Assembly (NCBI RefSeq): GCF_001194135.2
Contig: NC_068985.1
Location: 102,344,836 to 102,396,645, forward strand
Direction: 5' to 3'
Origin: Octopus bimaculoides
Taxonomy: Eukaryota
Length of the DNA: 51,810 bases
Shown: piece after piece, positions 39,111-51,297 of the stretch
Position numbering within the stretch: position 1 is the first letter of the stretch
How the letters are laid out: the number at the start of each line of letters is the position of its first letter
The notes under the pieces: generated by a model
Databases searched by the model: none
What the model saw: only the letters and a program-made list of their open reading frames with translations
Told to the model about the DNA's origin: nothing
Program-made: the position numbers and the translations under genes

Positions 39111-39350
39111 AAGTCTAACTGGGCGTAAAAGAAAGTAACCGGTAAGGAACAAAATAGTACAAGATATTTTTGCGTATCGATTCTACACAATATGATCGAT
39201 GCCTATAAAGTTATATTGATTATACGAAGGATATACATATATACATATACATGTACATATATATGTATATATATGTAGATATATATGTGTGTGTATATAT
39301 GTATATATCTATATATAAATACATATATACATATATACGTATATATACAT

Positions 39351-39412
<62 letters not shown>

Positions 39413-39908
39413 TTTTTATGTCTAAGAAGATATTCTTTACAGGTACAAAGTTATTTACATGTGTCCATTAAACATAGTGTTCTTAATCTATAGAAACACT
39501 CTGTTCTACTATGTAGCATTGTAACAGGTTATTGTCAAAATACCAGTATTTTCTCAGTTGAACTACTTGCCAAGAAAACGTTGTAATATGCAAATATGTC
39601 TAACCGCTCTACATAAGCGATTAGTAATAAAGAAGTTACCAACAGAACAACTGAACGTTGTACACGAGTGTTCTCTGTCATTTAAAGTCACAACCTAAAT
39701 TTCCTCTCCATGAAGGTTTGCTGAACAGTGATAATGTGTCGGTATATGTCTATCATAATGAAAGTTGCCTTATAATATTTAGGTATAGTCAGTAGTACTG
39801 AAAAACATTTACACAAAAAAAAAACATTAATATATGTATTGTTTTCACATTCGCACGCATTTATATATATATATATATATACGCAAAAATATGTGACACT
39901 TATTCGGT

Positions 39909-39980
39909 AACCATGATAAAACTTCGAGTTTCGGATGCCGGGATGGGAACCCACGCCAACATCTCTTCAGTTATCCGGCC
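39909..39980 (-). ncRNA. Near-intact type-I hammerhead ribozyme
   Basis: GGCCGGATAA CTGAAGA GATGTTGG-CGTGGGTTCCCATC-CCGGCATC C GAAA CT-CGA-AGT T^TTATC ATGGTT. Both core boxes are intact. Stem I is GATAA/TTATC (5 perfect bp plus an extension), stem II has 8 bp with 2 G.U, stem III is ACT/AGT, and the triplet is GUU. Confidence 0.75.
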
Positions 39981-40221
39981 ATTGAAAATGCCTGCGAAAA
40001 ATGACCGTTAAACAAGGGAAATTAATGTGTGGTTGACTGTTATTAAGACAAAAGAGCTATAGACCGCTAAGTAAGGGGAGGGGGTAAAGGTAAGGGATTA
40101 GAAAAGTATATAGTGTTCGCGTAAGCGCACCAATCCGTACATTCGCCTGTATCTCTCTCTCTCTATATATATATATATAAATATATATATGTATGTATGT
40201 ATATATTCACGCGTGCCTTTG

Positions 40222-40360
40222 CTCAGCTGGTACTTATTTTATCGTCACCGAACAGATGAAATGCAAAGGCCACGGAATTTTACCTCAAAAAGTTGAAGTC
40301 GGATAAAATGCCACTATGCATTTTACGCAGCGGGTTTACGATTCCGCCAGTGCACCGCCT
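40222..40360 (-). mobile_element. SINE family A copy (degenerate)
   Basis: gctggtacttattttatcg ... gatgaaatgcaaagg ... acgattccgccagtgcaccgcct. Confidence 0.75.
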
Positions 40361-40389
40361 GAAGGAGTTAATGTTATTATTAAGATGGT

Positions 40390-40590
40390 AAAGGCGGTGA
40401 GCTGGCAGAATCGTTAGCAAGACGGAAAAAATGCTTAGCAACATTTCTTCTAGCGATTTAGGGTCTGAGCTCAATATAGCACCGAGGTAGATTTTGAGTT
40501 TCATCATTTCGGGATGCGTACCACAGGAGCACTGAGGCCCTATAAACATCAACTAGCTCCCTCCCACAAAATGTCAGTTATTGTGACTAT
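40390..40590 (+). mobile_element. SINE family A copy
   Basis: aaaggcggtgagctggcagaatcgttagc ... ctgagctcaat ... tcatcatttcggg. Confidence 0.85.
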
Positions 40591-41099
40591 CATGGATAAA
40601 ATTATTATCGTTTTGCTTCTGCGAAACTTGTATGTTGTATTTGATTGAGACTATTGCTTATGTGCATCGATGTCGCTGTTGTTGCTATTATTTTCGGAGC
40701 ATTTACTGCCACCTCTACTATTACAACGACTGGTGCTGATGATGGTAATAATGATGAGGTGACGGGCGCAGAGGAGTGGGGGAAGAGGAGGAGGGGGATT
40801 TTGTTTAATTTTGTAATTATAATGTTTCTTGTTTGCAATCATAATACGCACAACCACGATAGACACCTCACATTGATTTATTTAATTGCTTTCATTCCAA
40901 AAGCATTGTACTACTTCTTATTTTTAGTTACATATCTATTCAGTCGGGACCTCATAACAATCAGTATACAGGTCACCTACATTGCAAACACATATTCATC
41001 TACATATTTACTTATCTACTTATATATAATCTCACATACACAAGCGAAAGCATTGAGATACATAGATATAAATATATAACCATTTATTTATCCATAGCC

Positions 41100-41165
<66 letters not shown>

Positions 41166-42714
41166 CCTGATAGATACAGAGAGAGATGGGAAGAAAGACA
41201 GAGACGGAGAAAGCGTGAGAGATGCAGCGATGGATTGATTGGACAGATAGAGATACAGAATGGAGTAGAAGAGGGAGACAAACAGACAAGATTTTTTGAA
41301 TTTAAATTGTGATTGCGTTTTCATAGATATTTATTAGATTTTGATATAAACAACACAAATTCTAATTTGAGTTTATTTGATTCTGCGCTTGTATTCTTAA
41401 GACTAAGAGTGATTAGTCTCCATTTGTATTAACAAATTTTTGAACGTATTTTCATTATGATATATGTCTCTATAGATATGCTCTCGAGAAAGTATATCTA
41501 GTATACACACGCATTACATCTTCATACGATTATTAAAACCATGACATCTCTACAAGTGATACTCGTGACATTCCCTGCTGGTTCTATCTTCTGTTTATGT
41601 GTCTCAAATATATAAACAGTACATCACAGAGACAATTTTACTTCCTTAGAACTGAGATTTATTTCAAACCTAAAATCGTGTTGCCGGCACTCATGAAATC
41701 TCAATTATGATCTGTAAGTTTCCTCTCCGCTTTCTCTATAGATTCACTTCTCCGGTCTCCGTTCCCTGCTTAACCTCCTGTTCATCAAGGATTAATTGGA
41801 CGTTGCGAATTATCTGGACGTAGCTCAACCTGATCACATGATGTTCGCAAATATTACAACAAACCGGGAATCAATTCTCGCAGCAATTGATCTAGGCGGG
41901 GCTGAATAATTGCAGCACCTTTTATTCTGCTAGTAATGGGATGAATGACCCATCCGATCTGACTAACATCTTCACAGATTCTCAGCTCAGTTTTAAAAGA
42001 AATCACGTTCTTTTTATTTGTCTGACTCTGGTCGATGGAGTACCTTTTGTCATACATCAGCCAGCTGTCCCTACATATCCTATTTGAAGAGCACACAGAA
42101 TGACACTCCCTTTCGAGAGGAATCGAAATTTGTAAGATTGTTCCTCGTAATTTTCATGAAATATAAGTCAGGTATAGAAGTATTCTCTTCGATGACCGAG
42201 ATTTACTATCTCTTTTTCGATCGTAACGCTTCCAAAGAATGCTTGACCACAATAGGTAGAATTCTTCTTATAATAAGTAATTAAGTCTGCGATAACACTC
42301 CATATTCCTCCGTCGAATTATGTCTGGTTGTGCTTAAAAATGTGTTCTAAATTTCAAATTTTCCTTTTATATTGTATAAAACGCGTTTTTGTGTTTTCAG
42401 AAACTTGGTGTTTGATACAATCCCACTTGTCGGTAGCATGTCAGCTTTCTATTCTAACTCAGATATTGTAATCATGAAACAAATCAAAATGGATGATTGC
42501 AAAAATATATGTAGACATTTAAAATATCTAAGGATGAATTACTTTTCAAGTGGGGAAAAGTGGTGGTCGGGTAAATCTTTCAAACGTCTTTGTTAGTATG
42601 AAAAATCAAAAGAATTTCTTTTATGCGTCAGGCAATCCTGGAAGTAAATATCTTTAAGTAGAGATCTGTGAAACGTTAGCTTTCTCAGCGAACACGAAAA
42701 TCAGGGGGGGGGGA

Positions 42715-42799
42715 TGATGATGATGATGATGATAATGAGGAGGAGGAGGAGGAGGAGTATTGTGATGATGGTGATGGTGATGGTGATGATGAAGGTGAA

Positions 42800-42830
<31 letters not shown>

Positions 42831-43031
42831 AAGAAGAAGAAGAGAAAGAAGAAGAAGAAGAAGAAGAAGAAGAAGAAGAAAAAGAAGAAGAAGAAGAAGA
42901 AGAAGAAGAAGAAGAAGAAGAAGAAGAAGAAGAAGAAGAAAATACAAATAAGATTAATAATAATGATTTCGTTCAAATAGAAATGTTGATTTCTCTGATG
43001 ATTGTGATATATCGATGAGAATGATGATGAG

Positions 43032-43083
<52 letters not shown>

Positions 43084-43135
43084 GGATGGCTGCCCTTGTA
43101 ATGATCACATCAACATGGTAATGATAAATGCAATG

Positions 43136-43182
<47 letters not shown>

Positions 43183-43190
43183 TTGATGAT
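42715..43190. repeat. Triplet mosaic (GAT)n-(GAG)n-(GAT/GGT)-(GAA)n-(AAT)n-(GAT)n
   Basis: Seen directly. The (GAA)n tract spans about 42801-42939. Confidence 0.97.
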
Positions 43191-45243
43191 TATAAAAACA
43201 ACAATTGGATAGGGAAGATAATTCGAAGAACAGAAAGGAAAAATAATTTAATAATATCAACAGAGATTTTTCCTGTCTATTTCCAAATTCTAGTAAATGC
43301 CATATCGACCAAAATTGGAAAAGGGCATCAAGAAAAATCAGCACGCAGTCTTTTGATCTTTACTGAAACAAAAATCAATGTTAATTCTAGTACAAAACTA
43401 AATTTATCCGGAACATTATCATATTCAATATTGGCGTATATCAAGTAAAATCGTTTTGTGCACATTTTTCTGTCAGCAATAAAAATAACATACTCAACAT
43501 TTGGGTAAACACTGGGATGGTCTGTACATTTATGTGAAGGCAGTGTATTGACAGTTATCTACTGGGTGCCGTCTCTGCGGTCAGGAAATACGTAGGTAAT
43601 CAATGAAGATGTTCCAGTATATATGACGTTTAGGAATTAACTATACGAGTATTACTAGAAGGGAAACGGAAACAAATGTTCCAAAGAGACGTTGCAAAAG
43701 GAACCAGGCAACTGTTTTAATGTCTAACGTTGCGGTGTTGGTTGTCGTCATCATGGAAGTTTTATTGTTCTTGCTATTGTTTAATACGAAGGCTACCACT
43801 GATCTAGCACGTATGTTATCAAATATATTTCATCCATGACCTATCCATTTGAAATTAAGTCTACATATCTAGGAGCACAATGGTTCAGGATCTCCCTTTT
43901 TTAAAGATAGAATTTTAGGCGTATTTAGCAGTTATTTTTAACAGATCGATTATGTTCACATTGCTACATAGTTGATTGAGTATTTGGAATATTGATTTAA
44001 GTGAAAATGACCATACTATAACCATACTGAAGTACCGAATGGCATGCATTAAAATATATATTTCTGTTGAATGCTATATTGCCTTATAGTCTGTGGCATA
44101 GGGATTATATACTCATACGGTATATATACTCTTTCATGTTTATATTACTGATAAAAGAGGTAGCTAATATTAATGGTATTACCGTTTCATCTGGATAGTT
44201 GAAAGTGTGTATGTAGGTTAACTGGAAAAGTCAATTTTTTATCGACAGATGTTCAGAAATATGCATTTTTGGTAACAAACTCTCGGTTAAATGCTTAGTG
44301 TTTTCTTTGAGATTCGAGATGACAAAAAGTGAAGTAAATATAAAAGTGAATTTATCATGGAAGGTTCTAACCGCTTCAGAACAACAATTCCTATCAATGC
44401 AGGTTCCATTGCAAGTAGTAATAAATACGTGTATTGCTAGGGAGCTGTTGCTGCTATTAGCCGGTGTCCTTAACTATTACTCACAGATGCAAAATAAATA
44501 TCACATCCATAAAACAAACTAAAGAGCAAATAAGCGATCACGTCAAACGCTAAATTGAAGAGACGAGTTACTATTGGGTTTACTCGGAAGCATGTTTTGT
44601 TTTGGCCTGAAGCTTTTATCTAATCCTCTAATGAACTTGTGAATGTCATGAACTTGACATTTCTATAAACTTGATCAATTTTAATGCAAGAAATCAATGG
44701 ATAAGAACATATTTACAATAATCTCTGTTTACTGGAAATGTATTTCATTGCTGATAAATGCACACTGGAATAACTACTTACATATAAATGTTATATCATG
44801 TGGAGAGGCAAATTTGCGTGGTAGTAAATGCATTAGAATAGATCGGAAGTGGTTTGTGTATTATAACAAACCAATATAAATTATTAGATAATATTTCAGT
44901 CAGAAAAAAATTCATTCGCTAGAAATGCTTTTGTTTTCATTTTTCATTTTACTAAATAAACTGAAGAATCGTAAATGAATGAATGATTGGCTGGTGTGTT
45001 GCCCATGTCTTTATCAGGATGAGTGACCATCTTCAATTAAGAAACGAATGCAATTTCCGTATCAGTTCAATGGAAGATTATTCCTTATATATTTCATTAA
45101 TTTCATTTCTTACCTATTTTTAAAAGACTTTTGAGTATTTGTTGACCATCATCTTATATTTTTAAAATGAAAATGATAGAAGTTAAATGTGATTCTACAT
45201 TGGAAATAGAAAATCAAGTAGACTATATGTCAAACAAATATTA

Positions 45244-45311
45244 TCTATATTTATCAACTACTCAAAAAGCGGCCACCGAACACGCGTGCTGCTGCGCAGG
45301 CCGTTGGCTAG
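45244..45311 (+). mobile_element. Possible 68-bp mini-Helitron, or the 3' end of a Helitron
   Basis: A|TCTATATT ... CGGCC-accgaacacgcgtgctgctgcgca-GGCCG ttgg CTAG|T. It shows a 5' TC, a GC-rich subterminal inverted repeat, a 3' CTAG and an A|T site. Confidence 0.35.
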
Positions 45312-46326
45312 TCTAAATTCCGATTAAATCTCTCAAATCTTGCATCGTTTAAATAAAAGAAACTGCATGTAACTTAATATTAGCTTACTGATTGCTTGAA
45401 GAAAAATGTCTGATGATCACATCTAGTATGAATCTTATATGTTACCTCAATAAGATTGATCGGGGGCAAAAAACTGAAACATAATATTATTAAATATTTC
45501 TATTTAGTTGCAGTGACTGAAAATCACTTCTACGCAGTGCTGATTGTACATTAGTTGTAAAAACTATAATAGTTCTGTAAATAAGACCATTGTTAATTTT
45601 TCAAGTGTAGTTACATATATTGTATTACTTTATTTCTGTGTTTTATCTTCTTGTACTAATTTGAATATTCGGTTTCCCTATTAGACATAAAATTTATGCG
45701 ACGAAATAATATACGTCACGACATGCTACGTTCACTGATTTCAGAGAAAACGTTCATATATCGTTTGTGAAATGTGTATTTTATCATTCCTTAAGGACAA
45801 CATACTGTTGTGAATATTACTATGTTTACAGAACTGAAAACCTTTGCAGCTGTAGATTTGATGGATGGAAGAAAATAGGTTATGTACCATTTGCTTGTTA
45901 TTGCACAAACGGAATTCAGACAGCTTTTGTTATAGATTCTTAAATTCAGCATCGCTTCCCAAATTTTGTTCATCATATAATGAGATATAATTCATAGATC
46001 ATGCTGTCTTTGGGATTATACTGCTTTTTATAACCTATTTTGTTTTATATTTATCGAGATCACGATTGAAGTCGAATAAAATCAGATATGATTTAAATTT
46101 TTTTTCTTTAAATTTTAAGTTTCATACACACATAAATACATGTATTATATATACAAGCATATGCATGCATATGTAAGTATNNNNNNNNNNNNNNNNNNNN
46201 NNNNNNNNNNNNNNNNNNNNNNNNNNNNNNNNNNNNNNNNNNNNNNNNNNNNNNNNNNNNNNNNNNNNNNNNNNNNNNNNNNNNNNNNNNNNNNNNNNNN
46301 NNNNNNNNNNNNNNNNNNNNNNNNNN

Positions 46327-46357
<31 letters not shown>

Positions 46358-46924
46358 CATACATACATGCATACATGCACTCATATACAGACAGATAGAT
46401 AAATAGATAGATTGATAGATTGATAGATTTATGAAAACAACATATTCTCAATGTGCAATAGAATAGCAACCAATGAAAAAGTAATTTCCAGCCATTCATT
46501 TTATAATTTTATAGCCTGTATCTGCTAAAGGCCACACTTAAAAGTCCGTCGTGGCAGAGCAGATAGTTATGATTATTATATTTAGACTAATGATCTCATA
46601 TTTATGAAGTATACTGTTGCATTTAATTAATTGCATATCATTCTGACATGGAAAAATTTTACCAATAAAAAGACAAAACTGATAATGATACAAAACTATA
46701 TGGCGAAATATCAAACCATGAACGAATAACAGAATTTCAAGACAAAAAATAAATCATTTAAGTATAGCTTAAAAACCAATTAACAATTTTTCAGAGGTGA
46801 TTTCTGCTAAATGTTTGTGCAATGAGATATTGTAAAACCACAATGTTGTTGAACAATGAATCTAGCAACATCGCAAGAGAAATTATCAAACGAAATTTAA
46901 AAAAACAAAAGAAACAAAAGCATT

Positions 46925-47279
46925 GTAGTAGTATTAATAGGAGTTGTAGTAGAAGTTGTAGTAATAGCAGTAGTGGTAGCAGCAGCAGTAGTAGTAGTTG
47001 TGCCCTCCTAGTGTCAGTGGTCGGAGGAATAGTAGGAGGTTAGTCATGGTGCTGGTTGTCCTTGTCGTTGTCACAGTAGTATTAATAGGTAGTAGTAGTA
47101 GTAGTAGCAGTAGTAGTAGTGGTGGTGATGGTGGTGGTGGTGGAGTTGGTGGTGGTGGTGGTGGTGGTGGTGGTAGTGGTGGCCGCAGCAGTAGTAGTGG
47201 TGCCTTGCTAGTGGCGGTGGTCTTAGTTGGTCATGGTGCTGGTTGTCCGCGTCGACGTCACAGTACTATTAATAGGTAT

Positions 47280-47318
<39 letters not shown>

Positions 47319-47512
47319 CAGCAGCAGCAACAGCAGTATCCGTAGCATTAGTGGTGCTGTGGCGGCGGCCGGTGGTTGTAGAAGTGCTGGAGCTGGTGTC
47401 GGTGGTGGTGGTAGTGGTGGTGGTTGTTACTAATGTTGTGGTACTGGTTGTAGCAGTAGCAAAAGAATGAAAAAAGTAGTAGTAGTAGTAGTAGAAGTAG
47501 TAGTAGCAGCAA
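46925..47512. repeat. (AGT/GGT/AGC)n mosaic containing a cryptic tandem duplication of about 190-200 bp
   Basis: tcatggtgctggttgtcc..gtcg..gtcacagta.tattaataggta occurs at 47044 and 47231. Confidence 0.85.
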
Positions 47513-48424
47513 TAGTTGGAGGAAAATCGGACGTGATGAAGAAGGAAGGAAAAAAGAACCAGAAATGTTGCAATAAGACGTAATCTAATGGGAGGGAAAT
47601 ATTTTTTTCAAGTTCAATCAGGAGTAGGATAAATAACAAGAAGGGGAACAACATCTACAAAAGCACAAGACTGTGCAGAAGAAAAGCAAACACAAGAGCA
47701 AACGAGTGGAGAATAACAGTATTAGAATGAAGACACGAAAGAAATATCATTAAGGAGAATGAAGAGTCGTTTTGAGAAGAGAGAGAGGCGGTGGAGAAAC
47801 GAGATACTGAGGTAATATAAAGAAAAAATATGGTTAATGAAAATTGAAGAATAAAACGATTGAGATGGAAATAGTTTTGAAAGAACCCTTCAAGTCATTT
47901 AGTTGATTATGGAAGTGCTGAAAGACGGGAGGATATAGTGTTGACGGGGTGAAAAAGTCTCTTTTTAAAAGTCACATTATAAATCACAAACTGAAAGGAA
48001 AGGTACTTTTTTTTTTCTTAAAAGNNNNNNNNNNTATATATATATATATAAGATGAAATAAAAGCATACGTAGTAAGGAATTATTAAAAAAAAAATTTTT
48101 TCGCTGTTTTAAAATCATTTCTGGCTTCTTTACATGACACGTCTTGTGTTTCCGTCGTCGAAAAATACTGGCGTGACAGATACCAAATGATGGCGTCGGT
48201 GTTATCAAAATGAAAGGATGATTGAGTGCTTGTCAAATTAGCTCCTCTATCCTCTTCAAGGTATTTTAATGTTCGTACGAATAGTAATCTGTGAATCGTG
48301 TACATACTATACGTATTTATGTGTACATCTGTATGGCCTTAGCTAGATAGATACATAGACACAGCAACACACACATACACATGCATATATATACATACAC
48401 ATACACACATGTATGAATACACAC

Positions 48425-48497
<73 letters not shown>

Positions 48498-48894
48498 TGT
48501 GTGTGTAGATGTATGTATATGCATATGTATATATATATGCATCTATGTATGAATATAAATATATATATATATATATATATATGGGGGGGAGGTATAGTAT
48601 ATATGTGCGTGAATATGTATGTGCAAATTAATGTATTTGTGTGCATATATGCGTGTTCGCATGTATGCATGTAGATATAAACCTGTTCCTAATAGCGTTT
48701 CTGAGTGCTTGTGCGAGTATAACCCATGAATTTTTTTAATAAACACGCAAAATATTTAGAAACAAGGCTAAAAATTTATTATTTCGTTTCTCTCCTTGCT
48801 AAGTTTCACACCCTTCATATACGTGTATCTCAAGAGAAATGCATTGTATTCGTTTAGTATTCATTTCGCTATTTCATAAAGTAATAATCTTCAA

Positions 48895-49068
48895 CTATAA
48901 GTGAAAGGCTTGAAATTTAGAGGGAAGTTGCTAGTCGATTACAGTTTCCAAAGTTCGAAAAATTAAAAGGCAAATTTGACCTCGGCAGAATTTGTAATCA
49001 GAACGCGAAAACGGATGAAATGCCGCTAAGTATTTTGTCCGGCGTGCTAACGATTCTGTCAGTTCTCC
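48895..49068 (-). mobile_element. SINE family A copy with an internal deletion
   Basis: gacctcggcagaatttgtaatcagaacg...gatgaaatgccgctaagtattttgtccggcgtgctaacgattctgtcagttc. Confidence 0.85.
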
Positions 49069-49571
49069 ACAGTATTCGTTAAAGCTTGTGTTTTTTCTTT
49101 AGTTTTTGTTATTGAAAACCGTTTCTAACAGATGTATACGAATCAAGATATAATTTCTATAATGCAACGGGATATAAAAATTTAATTCGATTCATCACCG
49201 TTGACATTCTTATCTAGCCAAGATCAGTTTTGTTCTTGAACTTTCATAATACGTATATTCAATGAAAGCAGTTGTACAGCCTACGCATATATCGCTTAGA
49301 GTATGTCATATAGATGTTAATTGATAATTGTGTAATGTACTAAATAAATGTGTTCAAAGAATAGCCAAAGTGTAAAGAAGACAGAGATGCCTTTAAGTAA
49401 CACAGGAGAATTCAGCTGAGAATACCCTGAAGGATATTAATAAGGATCATCGCTGTGAAACCGGATGTGCATTGAAGAGATCTGATTCTTAAAGATCCAC
49501 CACGCCAAAGAGTATAGTCGAAGAAATTGAACCCAGTGCTCATTTAAATCTGCTACCTAGTCTCACAGCGT

Positions 49572-49917
49572 GGAGTCGCAATGGCACAGTGGTTAGCGCA
49601 GCGGACTCGCGGTAATAGGTTCCCGGTTTCGATTCCCAGACTGGACGTTGTGATTGTTTATCTCCGCTGGTGGGGTGAAGAATCCTGCTGTATTCTTTCA
49701 CCACAACTTTCTCTCACTCATTCTTCCTATTTTTGTTGTACCTGTAATTCAAATGACCAGCCTTGTCACACTGTGTCACGCTGAATCTCCCCGAGAATTA
49801 CGTTAAGAGTATACGTGTCTGTGGAGTGCTCAGCCACTTGCACGTTAATTTCATGAGCAGGCTGTTCGATTGATCGGATCAACTGGAACCCTCGTCGTCG
49901 TAACCGACGGAGTGCCA
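49572..49917 (+). mobile_element. tRNA-derived SINE family C (single copy in this window)
   Basis: A box TGGCACAGTGGT (49582-49593), B box GGTTTCGATTCC (49625-49636), and a GC-richer body ending ...cgtaaccgacggagtgcca. The body is unrelated to families A and B. Confidence 0.8.
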
Positions 49918-49989
49918 CGGATTCTCTCAGCATTTACCAAATTCACTGTTAAATAGACCCGCCCAGATTGTCCAGAGGTATGAAGATAA

Positions 49990-50093
49990 ACACACTCACA
50001 CATACACACTCACACACACACATACACACTTACACACACACATACACACTCACACACACACATACACACTCACACACACACATACACACATAC
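49990..50093. repeat. 20-bp minisatellite (catacacactcacacacaca), about 5 copies
   Basis: The period is visible in the line layout. Confidence 0.9.
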
Positions 50094-50165
50094 AGGCAAA
50101 ATTGCACATCCAGTTGAGAAAAGTTTGATTCTTTTTCTGTCCACCATTTTTCTCTTTTTATCATC

Positions 50166-50203
50166 TGTTTCTGTAAGGGAACGTAGGCTCGAAACGTTAA
50201 AGA
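50166..50203 (+). ncRNA. Strongly degenerate minimal hammerhead-like motif
   Basis: TGTTT CTGTAAGG GAAC-GTAG-GCTC GAAA CGT T^AAAGA. The GAAACGTT and palindromic ACGT are intact; the CUGANGA box is damaged. Confidence 0.35.
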
Positions 50204-51129
50204 TATCTTCCAATTTTCTTGAGTGTCACATACACACTTTAAAATCCTTTTTCAAACCGTCGTTATGTCTTTCATTGTTGTGACATATATATACATATAT
50301 ATACATGTCGACCTTGCACACTATTGCCACGTAGCATGTACAATCACGATGCTGACGTGCTATAATGTTGATTTCTTGTCCTGTTGGACACTGATACTTC
50401 TAAATTAGTATTTATAATTATGTTCTCCATCTGCAATTATGGCAAGTTCTAGGAATGATATTTAATGAATATTTTGTTGCTGGTGTATTATGTATGATAA
50501 TCATATCATCTCTTGCGATCAGTCATTGTGGGATATATTTTTCCTTTTTTTTTTATACATTCGAACTGAGATGTAAAGGACGTTGTGGAAACACTGATTC
50601 CATACTAACGTACAAAGCAAGCAACGATCAAATGACAAGATAATTACGGCACATCTGCAGGCTAAATTGGAAATGGAAAACAGAAATTGTCCGTGATGCC
50701 ATGCATATGCATGAAAGTGCTGTGATATTGTTTGCCTTATATCGAAGTATTTTAGGTACTCACTAATGGCAGCGTGGTAATTACACACATAAAATGAAAT
50801 AACAAAGAACGGAAAAATTTCGACGCATTGTGTGTTTACGTATTTCTAAGCCATTACGTTGAGTTGTGGTACAGCGTTAGGAATTGTCATAGCTCTGGCA
50901 TGGAGTCGTAACTCATACCGTATTAAAATCTGTTTCCTGATTCAGTCATCTCTAAAATGGAATTAGCTTCAATCTCTATCGAGCTGCTTTTGTAGATTAT
51001 CTCTTTATTTTATTCTTTTACTCAATGGTACTCTATCAATCTTACTCTGTATCAATGATTTCTACGACGTTGAACGCCATACCCTACGCAGTAATTTACC
51101 AAATGTTTGCACAATTTTTGAAACTATAT

Positions 51130-51136
51130 GTGTACG

Positions 51137-51183
<47 letters not shown>

Positions 51184-51236
51184 GTGTATGTGTGTGTGTG
51201 TATGTACTTATATACGAAGAGATACACGCAGATAGG

Positions 51237-51297
<61 letters not shown>

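Noticed and set aside
41700-42290. GC-richer stretch with LLVMG and other faint APE-endonuclease-like words
   Set aside because: Too degenerate to assign by eye. It needs a RepeatMasker or tBLASTX check.
43560-43785. IYWVPS (RNase H-like) motif and a hydrophobic tail ORF (..KRRCKRNQATVLMSNVAVLVVVIMEVFIVLAIV*)
   Set aside because: The hydrophobicity comes from GTT/ATT-biased sequence, and both are isolated motifs without context.
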